A DNA stretch of 64,000 nucleotides from the human T2T-CHM13v2.0 reference genome, Homo sapiens, in NCBI RefSeq assembly GCF_009914755.1, contig NC_060943.1, one strand, 5' to 3'. The notes under the pieces are model-generated. The model ran no database searches. It saw nothing but the letters and a program-made list of their open reading frames with translations, and was not told where the DNA came from. Both the position numbers and the translations under genes were made by a program. Below, in pieces: positions 1 through 13,200 of this stretch (the first letter of the stretch is position 1; each line of letters begins with the position of its first letter).

Positions 1-946
1 CAACTCACTGAGTTGAACACTCCTTTTCTTAGAGCAGTTTAGAAACACTCTTTTTGTAGAATCTGTAAGTGGAAAATTGGAGTGCTTAGAGGCCTATTGT
101 GAAAAAGTCAGTCTCTTCCCATAAAAACTAGACAGAAGAATTCTCGGAAACTTCTTTGTGATGTGTGTACTCAACTCACAGAGTTGAAGTTTTCTTTTGA
201 TAGAGCAGTTTTGAAACACTCTTTTTGTAGGGTCTGCAAGTGGATATTTGGATAGCTGGGAGGATTTCATTGGGAACAGGAATATCTTCGAATAAAAACT
301 AGACGGAAACATTCTCAGAAACTCCTTTGTGATGTTTGCATTCAACTCACAGAGTTGAACATTCCTTTTCATAGAGCAGTTTTGAAACACTCTTTTGTAG
401 TATCTAGAAGTGGACGTTTGGAGCACTTTGAGGCCTATGGTGAAATAGGAAATATCTTCACATAAAAACTAGACAGAAGCATTCTCAGAAACTATTTTGT
501 GATGTGTGTACTCAACTCACAGAGTTGAACGTTTCTTTTGATACGGCAGTTTTGAAACACTCTTTTTTTAGAATCTGCAAGTGGATATTTGAAAGCTTTG
601 AGGTTTTCATTGGAAACGGGAATATCTTCACATAAAAAATAGACAGAAGCATTCTCGGAAACTTCCTTGTGATGCTTCCATTCAACTCACAGAGTTGAAC
701 ATTTCCTTTCATAGAGCAGTTTTGAAACTCTCTTTTTGTAGAATCTGCAAGTGGATATTTTGTGCGATTTGATACGTATGGTAAAAAAGGAAATATCTTC
801 ACATAAAAGGTAGACAGAAGCATTCTCAGAAACTAGTTTGTGATGTGTGTTCTCAACTCACAGAGGTAAACTTTTCCTTTGATACAGCAATTTGGAAACA
901 CTCTTCCTGTCTAATTTACAAGTGGATATTAGGACATCATTGAGGA

Positions 947-963
947 TTTCGTTGGAAACGGGA
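947..963 (+). promoter_or_regulatory. CENP-B box (canonical)
   Basis: TTTCGTTGGAAACGGGA. Confidence 0.9.
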
Positions 964-1458
964 TTATCTTCACATAAAAATAGACAGAAGCATTCTCAGG
1001 AACTTCTTTGTGATGTGTGCATTCAAGTCACGGAGTTGAAACTTTCTCTTGATAGAGCAGATTGTAAAAACTCTTTTTGTTGAATTTGCAAGTGGATATT
1101 TGGACAGATTTGAAGCCTTTGCTTTAAACGGGTATATCGTCACATAAAAACTAGACAGAGGCATTCTCTGAAACTTCTTTGTGATGCTTCCATTCAACTC
1201 ACAGAATTGTACATTCCTTTTCATAGAGCAGTTTTGAAACACTCTTTTTGCAGAATCTGTAAGTGGAAACTTGGAGCGCTTTGAGGTCTATAGTGAAAAA
1301 GGAATTATCTTCCCATAAAAACTAGACAGAAGAACTCCCAAAAACTTCTCTGTGATATGTGTACTCAACTCACAGAGTTGAACATTTCTTTTGATAGTGG
1401 AGTTTTGAAGCACTCTTTTTGTAGAGTCTGCAAGTGGATATTTGGATAGCTTTGAGGA

Positions 1459-1475
1459 TTTCGTTGGAAACGGGA
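1459..1475 (+). promoter_or_regulatory. CENP-B box (canonical)
   Basis: TTTCGTTGGAAACGGGA. Confidence 0.9.
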
Positions 1476-1943
1476 ATATCTTCACATAAATACTAGACAG
1501 AAGCATTCTCAGAAACTGCTTTGAGATGTTTGCATTCAACTCACAGAGTTGAACGGTGCCTTTCATGGAGCAGTTTTGAAACACTCTTTTTGTGATATCT
1601 GGAAGTGGACATTTGGAGCACTTTGAGGCCTATGGTGAAAAAGGATATATCTTCACATAAAAACTAGACATAAGAATTCTCTTAAACTTCTTTGTGATGT
1701 GTGTACTCACCTCACAGAACTGAACTTTTGATAGAACAGCTATGAAGCACTCTTTTTGTAGAGTCTGCAAGTGGATATTTTGATAGCTTTGAGGAATTCG
1801 TTTGAAACGGGAATATCTTCAACATAAAAACTAGGCAGAAGCATTTTCAGAAACTTCTCTGTGATGCCTGCATTCATCTCACTCAGTTGAACATTCCTTT
1901 TTATAGAACAGTTTTGAAACACTCTTTTCGTAGAATCTGTAAG

Positions 1944-2093
1944 TGGAAACTTGGAGTGCTTTGAGGCCTATGGTGAAAAAGGAAATATCTTTCCATAAAA
2001 ACTAGACAGAAGAATTCTTGGAAACTTGGAGTGCTTTGAGGCCTATGGTGAAAAAGGAAATATCTTTCCATAAAAACTAGACAGAAGAATTCT
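1944..2093 (+). repeat. Perfect 75-bp sub-monomer tandem duplication
   Basis: 1944-2018 and 2019-2093 both read TGGAAACTTGGAGTGCTTTGAGGCC...AGACAGAAGAATTCT. Confidence 0.92.
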
Positions 2094-2213
2094 CAGAAAC
2101 TTCTTTGTGATGTGTGAACTCGACTCACAGAGTTGAACTCTTCTTTTGGTAGAGCAGCTTTGAAACCCTCTTTTTTTAGACTCTGCAAGTGGATATTTGG
2201 ATAGCTGTGACGC

Positions 2214-2230
2214 TTTCGTTGGAAACGGGA
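2214..2230 (+). promoter_or_regulatory. CENP-B box (canonical)
   Basis: TTTCGTTGGAAACGGGA. Confidence 0.9.
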
Positions 2231-4130
2231 ATATCTTCACATTAAAACTAGACAGAGGCAATCTCAGAAACTTAGTTGTGATGTTTGCATTCAACTCATA
2301 GAGTTGAACATTCTCTTTCATAAAGCAGTTTTGAAACACTCTTTTTGTTGTATCTGGGAGTGGATATTTGGAGAGATTTGATGGCTGTGGTGAAAAAGGA
2401 AATATCTTCACATAAAAACCAGAGGAAGCATTCTCAGAAAATTCTTTGTGATGTGTGTACTCAACTCACAGTGTTGAAACTTTCTGTCGATAGAGCAGAT
2501 TTGAAACACTCTTTTTGTAGAATCGGCAAGTGGATATTTGGATAGCTTTGACGCTTTCATTTGAAACGGGAATATCTGCTCATAAAAACTAGAGAGAAGC
2601 ATTCTCAGAAACTACTTTGTGATGTTTGCGTTCAACTCACGGAGCGGAACATTCCCTTTCACAGAGCAGATTTGAAACACTCTTTTTGTAGAATCTGTAA
2701 GTGGAATACTAGAGCGCTTTGAGGCCTATGGTGAAAAAGGAAATAGCTTCCCATAAAAACTAGACAGAAGAATTCCCAGAAACTACTTTTTGATGTGTAT
2801 ACTCAACTCACAGAGTTGAACATTTCTTTTTATAAAGGAGTTTTGAAACACTCTTTCTGTAGAGTCTGCAAGTGGATATTTGGATAGCTGGGAGGATTTC
2901 GTTGGAAACAGGAATGTCTTCACATATAAAATAGACAGAAGCATTCTCAGAAACTTCTTTGAGATGTTTTCATTCATCTCACAGTGTTGAACATTCCCTT
3001 TCATGGAAGAGTTTTGAAAAACTCTTTTTGTAATATCTGCAAGTGGACATTTTGAGGGCTATGAATCCTATGCTGAAAAAGGAAATATCTTCACATAAAA
3101 ACTAGACAGAAGCATTCTCAGAAACTACTCTGTGATGTGTGTACTCAACTCACCGAATTGAACTTTTCTTTTGATACAGGAGTTTTGAAACACTCTTTTT
3201 GTAGAATCTGCAAGTGGATATTTTGATAGATTTGAGGCATTCATTGGAAACGGGAATATCTTCACCTAAAAACTAGACAGAAGCATTCTCAGAAACTTCT
3301 TTGTGATGTTTCACACAAGTCACAGATTCGAACATTGCTTTTCACAGAGCAGTTTTTAAACACTCTTTTTGTAGAATCTGCAAGTGGACATTTGTATCGA
3401 TTTGAGATGTATGGCGATAAACGAAATATCTTCACATAAAAATTGGACAGGAGCATTCTCAGAAACTACTTTGTGATGTGCGTACTCATCTCACAGAGTT
3501 AAATCTTTCCTTTGATACAGCAGTTTTGAGACACTATTTTTGTAGAATTTACAAGTGGATATTAGGACAGCGATGAGTATTTCGTTGGAAACACGAATAT
3601 CTTCACATAAAAACTAGACAGAAGCATTCTCAGAAACTACTTTGTGATGTTTGCCTACAACTCTCGGAGTTAAACATTCCCTTTCAAAGAGCAGTTTTGA
3701 AAAACTCTTTTTGTAGTATGTGGAAGTGGACATTTGGATCACTTTGAATCCTATGGTGAAAAAGGAAATAACTTCACATAAAAACTAGACAGAAGCATTC
3801 TCAGAAACTACTTTGTGATGTGTGTACTCAACTCACAGAGTTGAACCTTTCTTTTGATACAGCAGTTTTGAAACACTCTTTTTGTAGAATCTGCAAGGGG
3901 ATACTTGATAGCTTTGAGGATTTTTGGAAACGGGAATATCTTCACATAAAAACTACACAGAAGAAATCTCAGAAACTTCTTTGTGATACTTGCATTCAAC
4001 TCACTGAGTTGAACACTCCTTTTCTTAGAGCAGTTTAGAAACACTACAGATTTTTGTAGAATCTGTAAGTGGAAACTTGGAGCGCTTTGAGGACTGCGGT
4101 GAAAACGTCGTTATCTTCCCATAAATCTAG

Positions 4131-7100
4131 ACAGAGAAATTCTCAGAAACTCCTTTGTGATGTGTGTGTTCAATTCAAAGATTTGAACCTTTGTTTTAAC
4201 AGAGCAGTTTATAAACTCTTCTTTTATAGAATCTGCTTGTGGATATTTGGAGCTCCTTGATGTATTCGTTGTAAACGGGGTATCTTCACATACAAACTAG
4301 ACAGAAGCATTCTCAGCAATTGCTTCGTGATGTGTACATTCAACTCAGAGGGTTGAACCTTCCTTTGGAGGGAGCAGTTTTGAAACAGTCTTTTTGCAGT
4401 ATCTGCAAGTGGATATTTGGAGCAATTTGAGGCTTATGATGGAAAAGGAAATATCTTCACATAAAAACTAGACAGAAGCATTCTCAGAAACTGCGTTGTG
4501 ATGTGGGCATTCACCTCACAGAGTGGAAACATCCTTTTGATAGAGCAGATTTGAAACTGTCTTTTTGTGAGATCTGCAACTGTTCATTTGGAGCCATTTT
4601 TTGCCTATGGTGGAAAGGCAAGTATCTTCACATAAAAACTGGACAGAAGCATTCTCAGGAACTTCACTGAGAAGCGTGCATTTAAGTAACAGAGTTGAAT
4701 CTGTCTTTTGAAACAACAGTATTGAAACACAGCTTTTGTAGGATATGCGCGTGGATATTTGGAACTCTTTGAGGAATTGGTTGGCAAAGGGTATCTTCAC
4801 ATAAAAGTAGACCCAAGCATTCTCAGAGAGTTCTTTGTAATGTGTGCATTCAACTCACAGACTTGAAACTTTCCTTGATAGAGCAGTGTTGAAACAAACT
4901 TTTTGTAGAATCTATAAGTGTTCACTTGGAGTGCTTTGTTTCCTATGGTGGAAAAAGAAATATCTTCACATAAAAACTAGACAGAAGCATTCTCAGAAAC
5001 TCCTTGGTGATGTGTGCGTTCAATTCACAGAGCTGAACCTTTCTTTTGATAGAGCAGTTTAACACTTCTTTTGTAGAATCTGCTTGTGGATATTTGCAGC
5101 TCTTTGAGGAATTCGTGGTAAACGGGATATAGTCACTTACAAACTAGACAGAAGAATTCTCAGAAACTACCTTGTGATGAGTGCATTCAACTCACAGTAT
5201 TGAATCTTCCTTTTGAGAGAGCAGTTTTGAAACAGTCTTTTTGTAGTATCTGCAAGTGGATATTTGGAGCGATTTGAGGCCTATGATGGAAAAGGAAATA
5301 TCTTCATGTCAAAACTAGACAGAAGCATTCTCAGAAACTGCTTTGTGATATGTGCATTGAACTCACAGATTTGATCCTTCCTTTTGAGAGAGAAGTTTTG
5401 AAACAGTCTTTTTGTAGTATCTGCAAGTGGATATTTGGAGCGATTTGAGGCCTATGATGGAAAAGGAACTATCTTCACATACGTACTAGACAGAAGCATT
5501 CTCAGAAACTGCTTTGTGATGTGTGCATTCAACTCATAGAGTTGAACCGTCCTTTTTAAGGAGCAGTTTTGAATCAGTATTTTTGTAGTATCTGCAAGTG
5601 GATATTTGGAGCGATTTGAGGCCTAATATGGAAAAGGAAATATCTTCACAAACAAACTAGAGAGAAGCATTCTCAGAAACTGCTTTGTGATGTGTGAATT
5701 CACCTCACACAGTGGAACCGTTCTTTTGATAGAGAAGTTTTGAAACAGTCTTTTTGTAGGATATGCTATTGTTCATTTGGAGCACTTTGTTGCCTATGGT
5801 GGAAAAAGGAATATCTTCACATAAAAACTAGACAGAAGCATTCTCAGAAACTGCTTTGTGACGGGTGCATTCACCTCACCGAGTGGAACCATTCTTTTGA
5901 TAGGGCAATTTTGAAACAGTCTGTTTGTAGGATCTGCAAGTGTTCATTTGGAGCCCTTTGAAGCCTATGGTAGAAAAGGAAATATCTTCACATAAAAACT
6001 AGACAGAAGCATTCTCAGGAAATTCTTTGAGATGCGTGCATTCAACTAACAGAGTTGAATCTGTCTTTTCAAAGAGCAGTATTGAAACACGGCTTTTGTA
6101 GACTATGCGTGTGGATATTTGGAACTCTTTGAGGAATTGGTTGGAAAAGGGTATCTTCACATAAAAAGTAGACCCAAGCTTTCTCAGAACGTTCTTTGTG
6201 ATGTGTGCATTCAATTGCTAGACTTGAAACATTCTTTGATAGAGTAGTGATGAGACACACTTTTTGTAGAATCTGCAAGTGTTCACTTGGAGCGCTTTGT
6301 TGACTATGGTGGAAAAAGAAATATCTTCACATAAAAACTGGAGAGCATTCTCAGAAACTCCTTTGTGATTTGTGTGTTCAATTCACATAGCTGAACATTT
6401 CTTTTCATAGAGTAGTTTTGAAACACTGCTTTTGTAGAATCTGCATGTGGATATTTGGAGCTCTTTGTGGAATTCGTTGTAAACGGGATATGGTCACTTA
6501 CAAACTAGACAGAAGAATTCTCAGAAACTGCTTTGTGATGAGTGCATTCAACTCACAGTATTCAACCTTCCTTTTGAGAGAGCAGTTTTGAAACAGTCTT
6601 TTTGTACTATCTGCAAGTGGATATTTGGAGCGATCAGAGACCTCTGATGGAAAAGGAAATATCTTCACATAAAAACTAGACAGAAGCATTCTCAGAAACT
6701 GCTTTGTGATGTGTGCTTTCACCTCACAGAGTTGATCCTTCCTTTTCAGAGAGGAGTTTTGAAACAGTCTCTTTGCAGTATCTGCAAGTGGATATTTGCA
6801 GCGATTTGACGCCTCTGATGGAAAAGGAAATATCTTCACATACAAACTAGACAGAAGCATTCTCTGAAACTGCTTTGTGGTGTGTGCATTCAACTCACAG
6901 AGTTGAACCGTCCTTTTGAGAGAGCAGTTTTGAAACAGCCTTTGTAGTATCTACAAGTGGATATTTGGAGCGACTTGAGACCTATGATGGAAAAGGCAAT
7001 ATCTTCACATAAAAACTAGACAGAAGCATTCTCAGAAACTGCTTTGTGATGTGCGCATTCACCTCACAGAGTGGAGCCGTTCTTTTGATAGAGAAGTTTT

Positions 7101-7243
7101 GAAACAGTCTTTTTGTAGAATCTGCAAGTGTTCATTTTGAGCGCTTTGTTGCCTATGGTGGAAAAAGAAATATCTTCACATAAAATTAGACAGAAGCATT
7201 CTCAGAAACTCCTTTGGGATGTGCATGTTCAATTCACAGAGTT
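4131..7243 (+). repeat. Divergent alpha satellite, canonical orientation, second monomer lineage (same monomer types as the downstream HOR)
   Basis: 171-bp periodicity. Signature motifs change to GAGCGATTTGAGGCCTATGATGGAAAAGG, ATTCGTTGTAAACGGG and AAAAGTAGACCCAAGC. CENP-B core boxes (TTCGnnnnAnnCGGG) at 4264-4280, 5111-5127 and 6472-6488. Confidence 0.92.
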
Positions 7244-7298
7244 CAACTCTGTGATTTGAATGGACACATCCCAGAGGAGTTTCTGAGAATGCTTCTGT
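7190..7298. other. Alpha-satellite strand-switch (inversion) junction forming an imperfect palindrome centred on 7244
   Basis: TTCAATTCACAGAGTT-C-AACTCTGTGATTTGAA. Monomers read forward before 7244 and reverse-complemented after it. Confidence 0.93.
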
Positions 7299-10200
7299 CT
7301 AGTTTGTATGTGAAGATATCCCGTTTACAACGAATTCTTCAAAGAGCTCCAAATATCCACAAGCAGATCCTACAAAAGCAGTCTTTCAAAACTGCTCTAT
7401 CAAAAGAAAGGTTCAACTCTGTAAATTGAACACACACATCACAAAACAGTTTCTGAGACTGCTTCTGTCTAGTTTTTATGTCAAGATATTTCTTTTTCCA
7501 ACATAGGCAAAAAAGCGCTCCAAATGAACACTTGCAGATTCTACAAAAAGTGCGTTTCAACACTGCTCTGTCAAAAGAAATGTTCAAGTCTGTGAGTTGA
7601 ATGCACACATCACAAAGAGCATTCTCAGAATTGTTGGGTCGCCTTTTTATGTGAAGATACCAGTTTCTAATGAATTCCTCAAAGAGTTCCAAATATCCTC
7701 AAGCAGATTCTACAAAAGGAGTGTTCCAGTATTGCTCTATCAAAAGACAGATTCAACTCTGTTAGTTGTATGCAGATATCTCGATGAAGTTCCTGAGAAT
7801 GCTTCTGTCTAGTGTTTATGTGAAGATATTTCCTTTTCAACCATATTCTTCCAAGCGCTCCAAATGAACACTTTCAGATCCTACAAAAAGACTGTTTCAA
7901 AACTGCTCTCTCAAAAGGACGTTTCCACTCTGTGAGGTGAATGCACACATCACAAAGGAGTTTCTGATAATGCTTCTGTCTAGTTTTTATGTCAAAATAT
8001 TTCTTGTTCCACCAAAGGAGAAAAAGCGCTCCATATCAACACCTGCAGATACTTCAAAAAGTGTGATTCAACACTGGTGTATCAAAACAAATTTCCAGTC
8101 TGTGTGTTGAATGCACACATCACAAACAAATTTCTGACAATGCTTGGATCTACTTTTTATGTGAAGATAACCATTTCCAACGAACTCTTCAAAGAGTTCC
8201 AAATATTCACAAGCGGACTCTACAAAAGCAGTGTTTCAATAGTGCTCAATCAAAAGACAGATTCAACTCTGTTAGTTGAATGCACACATCTCAATGAACT
8301 TCCTGAGAATGCTTCTGTCTAGTTTTTATGTGAAGATATTTCCTTTTCCATCAGAGGCCTGAAATCGCTCTAAATATCCACTTGCCGATACTACAAAAAG
8401 ACTGTTTCAAAACTGCTCTCTCAAAAGGAAGTTTCAACTCTCTGAGTTGAATGCACACATCACAAAGAACTTTCTGAGAATGCTTGGGTATGCTTTTTAC
8501 AGGAAGATACCCGTTTCTAACGAATTCCTCAAAGAATTGCAAATATCCACAAGCAGATTCTACAAAACGAGTGTTTCAGTAATGCGCTATCAAAAGACAG
8601 ATCAAATTGTTAGTTGACTGCACACATCTCAATGAAGTTCCTGAGAATGCTTTTGTCCAGTATATAGGTGAAGATATTTCCTTTTCCACCATAGGCTTCA
8701 AAGCGCTCCAAATGAAAACTACAGATCCAACAAAAAGACTGTTTCAAAACTGCTCTATGAAAAAAACGGTACCACTCTGTGAGGTGAATGCACACATCAG
8801 AAAGCAGTTTCTGAGAATGCTTCTGTCTAGTTTGTGTGTGAAGATAGTTCCTTTCCCATCATAGGCCTCTAATCGATCTAGATATCCACTTGCAAATAAT
8901 ACAAAAAGACTGTTTCAAAACTGCTCTCACAAAAGGAAGGTTCAACACTGTGAGTTGAATGCACACATCAGAAAGCAGTTTCTGAGAATGCTTCTGTCTA
9001 GTTTTTATGTGAAGATATTTCCTTTTCCATCATAGGCCCCAAATCGCTCCAAATATCTACATGCCGATACTACAAAAAGACTGTTTCAAAACTGCTCTAT
9101 CAAAAGAAAGGTTCAAGTCTGTGAATTGAACACACACATCAAAAAGGAGTTTCTGAGAATGCTTCTGTCTAGTTGTTATTTGAAGATATTTCTTTTTCCA
9201 GAATAGTCAACAAAGTGCTCCAAATGAACACTTGCAGATTCCACAAAAAGACTGTTTCAAAACTGCTCTATCAAAAGAAAGGGCAAGACTGTGAGTTGAA
9301 TGCACACATCACAAAGCAGTTTCTGAGAATGCTTCTGTCTAGTTTGTATGTGAAGATGATATTTCTTTTTCCATTTTAGGCCTCAAATCACTCCATTTAT
9401 CCACTTGCAGATACTACAAAAAGACTGTTTGAAAACTGCCCTCTCAAAAGGAAGGTTCAACTCTGTGAGTTGAATGCACACAACACAAAGCAGTTTCTGA
9501 CAATGCTTCTCTCTAGTTTGTATGTGAAGATATCCCGTTTACAATGAAATCCTCAAAGAGCTCCAAATAACCAAAGGAGATTCTACAAAACCAGTGTTTC
9601 AAAACTGCTCTATCAAAAGAAAGGTTCAAGTCCGTGAGTTGAACGCACACATTACCAAGCAGTTGAATGCTCCTGTCTGGTTTGTATGTGAAGACATACT
9701 GTTTACAAAGAATACCCCAAGACCTTCAAATATCCAGAAGCAGATCCTACAAATCAGTGGATCAAAAATGCTCTATCAAAAGAAAGTTTCAACTCTGTGA
9801 ATGGAAAACACACATCACAAAGGTGTCTCTGAGAATGCTTCTGTCTAGTTTTTATGTGAAGATATTTATTTTTCCACCATAGGCAACAAAGCGCTCCAAA
9901 TGGACACCTGCGGATCCTACAGAAAGCATGTTTCAACACTGCTCTATGAAAAGAAATGTTCAAGTCTGTGAGTTGAAGGCACACATGACAAAGAACTTCC
10001 TGAGAATTCTTGGGTCTTCTTTTTTGTGAAGATATCCGTTTCCAACGAATTCCTCAAAGAGTTCCAAATATCCCCAAGCAGATTCTACAAAAGGAGTGTT
10101 TTAATACTGCTCTATCAAAAGACAGATTCAACTGTTATTTGAATGCATACATCTTAATGAAGTTCCTGAGAGTGCTTTGGTGTAGGTTTTACGTGAATAT

Positions 10201-13200
10201 ATTTACTTTTCCACCTTAGGCTTCAAAGAGCTCCAAATGAACACATGCAGATCCTACAAAAAGACTGTTTCAAAACTGGTCTGACAAAAAAACGGTTCCA
10301 CTCTGTGAGGTGAGTGCACACATCAGAAAGCAGTTTCTGGGAATGCTTCTGTCTAGTTTTTATGTGAAGATATTTCCTTTTCCATCATAGGCCTCAAATC
10401 GCTCCAAATATCCGCTTGCAGATACTACAAAAAGACTGTTTCAAAACTGCTCTCTCTGAAAAGGAAGGTTCAACTCTGTGAGTTGAATGCACACATCACA
10501 AAGCAGTTTCTGAGAATGCTTCTGTCTAGTTTTGATGTGAGGATATTTCTTTTACCACCATAGGCAACACAGCGCTCCAAATGAACACTTGCAGATTCTT
10601 CGAAAGCAGTGTTTCAAAACTACCCTATCAAAAGAAAATTTCAACTCTGTGAATTGGACACACACTTTACAAAGTAGTTTCTGAGAATGCTTCTGTCTAG
10701 TTTTTAAGAGAAGATAATCCTTTTTCCACCATAGGCAACACAGCGCTCAAAATGAACACTTGCAGATTCTACAAAAAGCATGTTCCAACATTGCTCTATC
10801 AAAAGAAAGGTTGAAGTCTGTGAGTTGAATGCACACATCACAAAGAACTTTGTGAGAATGCTTGGGTCTTCTTTTTATGTGAGGATACCCGTTTCTAACG
10901 AATTCCTCGAAGAGTTCCAAATATCCAAAAGCAGATTCTACAAAAGGAGTTTTTAAATACTGCTCTATCAAAAGACAGATTCAACTCTGACAGTAGAATG
11001 GACACATCTCAATGAAGTTCCTGAGAATGCTTCTGTCTAGTTTGTATGTGAAGATATTTCCTTATCCACCATAGGCTTCAAAGCGCTCCAAATGCACACT
11101 TGCAGGTCCTACAAAAAGACTGTTTCAAAACTGCTCTACCAAAAGAAAGCTTCCACTCTATTAGGTGAATACACACATCACAAAGCAGTTTCTGAGTATG
11201 CTTCTTTCTAGTTTGTATGTGAAGGTATTTCCTTTATCCCTCTTAGGCCTCAAATCATTACAAATATCCCCTTGTAGATACCACAGAAAGATTGTTTCAA
11301 AACCTCTCTCAAAAGGAAGGTTCAACTCTGTGAGTTGAATGCAAACATCACAAAGCAGTTTCTGAGAATTCTTCTGTCTAGTTTTTATGTGAAGATATTT
11401 CCTTTTCATTCACAGGCCTCAAATCGCTCCAAATATCCACTGGCAGATACTCCAAAAAGACTGTTTCAAAACTGCTCTCTCAAAAGGAAGGTTCAACTGT
11501 GTGAGTGGAATGCACACATCACAAAGCAGTTTCTGAGAATGCTTCTGTCTAGTTAGTATGTGAAGATATTTCGTTTTCCATCATAGGCCTCAAATTGCTT
11601 CAAATATCCACTTGCAGATACTACAAAAGACTGTTTCAAAACTGCTCTCGCAAAAGGAAGGTTCAAGTCTGTGAGTTGAATGCACACATCACAAAGCAGT
11701 TTCCGAGAATGCTTCTGTCTAGTTTGTATGTGAAGATATCCTGTTTACAACGATTTCCTCAAATAGCTCCAAATATGCACAAGCCGATTCTGCAAAAGAA
11801 GTGTTTCAAAACTGCTCTATCGAAAGAAAGGTTCAACTCTGTGAATTGAACACACACATCCCAAAGGAGTTTCTGAGAATACTTCAGTCTAGTTTTTATG
11901 TGAAGATATTTCTTTTTCAACCATAGGCGACAAAGCGCTCCAAATGAACACTTGCAGATTCTACAAAAAGTGTGTTTCAACACTGCTCTATCAAAAGAAA
12001 GGCTCAAGTCTGTGAGTTGAATGCACACATCACAAAGAACAGTCTGAGGATGCTTGGGTCTAATTTTTATGTTAAGATAACTGTTTCCAATGAATACCTC
12101 AAAGAGTCCGTAAAATCCACCAGTGGATTCTACAAAAGGAGTTTTTCAATACTGCCCTATCAAGACACAGATTCAACGCTGTTAGTTGAATGCACACATC
12201 ACAAAGCAGTTCCTGAGAATGCTTCTGTCTAGTTTTTATGTGAAGATATTTCCTTTTCCACCGTAGGCTTCAAAGCACTCCAAATGAACATTTGCAGATC
12301 CTACAAAAAGACGGTTTCAAAGCTGCTCTATCAAAAGAACGATAACACTCTTTGAGGTGAATGCACACATCACAAAGCAGTTTCTGAGAATGCTTCTTTC
12401 TAGTTTGTACGTGATTATATTTCCATTTCCATCTTAGACCTCAAATCGCTCCTAATATTCACTTGCAGATACTACAAAGAGACTGTTTCAAAACTGCTCT
12501 CTCAAAAGGAAGGTTCAACTCTCTGAGTTGAATGCACACATCACAGAGCAGTTTCTGAGAATGCTTCTGTCTAGTTTGTATGTGAAGATATCCCATTGAC
12601 AGCGAATTCCTCAAAGAGCTCCATATATCCACAAACAAATTCTACAAAAGCAGTGTATCAAAACTGCTCTATCAAAAGAACTGTGAATTGAAGGCACACA
12701 TCACAAAGGAGTTTCTGAGAATGCTTCTGTCTACTTTTTATGTGAACATATTCCTTTTGCCACCATAGGCAACAAAGCACTCCAAATGAACACTTGTGGA
12801 TCCTACAAAACGTGTGTTTCAACACTGCTCTATCAAAAGAAAGGTTCAAGTCTGTGAGCTGAATGCACACATCACAAACCAGTTTCTGAGAATGCTTCGG
12901 TCTTGTTTGTATATGAAGGTATTTCGTTTTCCATCTTAGGCCTCAAATCAGTACAAATAGCCACTTGTAGATAATTCAAAAAGACTGTTTCAAAACCGCT
13001 CTCTCAAAAGGAAGGTTGCACTATTTGAGTTGAATGCACACAACACAAAGCAGTTTCTGAGAATGCTTCTGTATAGTTTGTATGTGAAGATATCCCGTTT
13101 AGAACGATATCCTAAAAGAGCTCCAAATATCCACAAGCAGATTCTACAAAGGCAGTGTTTCAAAATTGCTCTATCATCAAAAGAAAATTTCAACTCTGTG

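Larger units (their letters stand above)
1..4130 (+). repeat. Divergent (monomeric) alpha satellite, canonical orientation, irregular mix of A-box and CENP-B-box monomers (SF5/R1-R2-like)
   Basis: Motif CATTCTCAGAAACTTCTTTGTGATGTGTG...CAACTCACAGAGTTGAAC recurs about every 171 bp. Monomers carry either GAGGATTTCGTTGGAAACGGG or GAGGCCTATGGTGAAAAAGG. The suprachromosomal-family label is an inference and the right boundary is approximate. Confidence 0.95.

Noticed and set aside
2897-3596. Further CENP-B-like boxes (TTCGTTGGAAACAGGA ~2898; TTCGTTGGAAACACGA ~3581)
   Set aside because: The essential CGGG core is mutated in both.
9655-12690. Small deletions in monomers (~5 bp at ~9664, ~10 bp at ~12680)
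   Set aside because: Ordinary decay of non-homogenised satellite.
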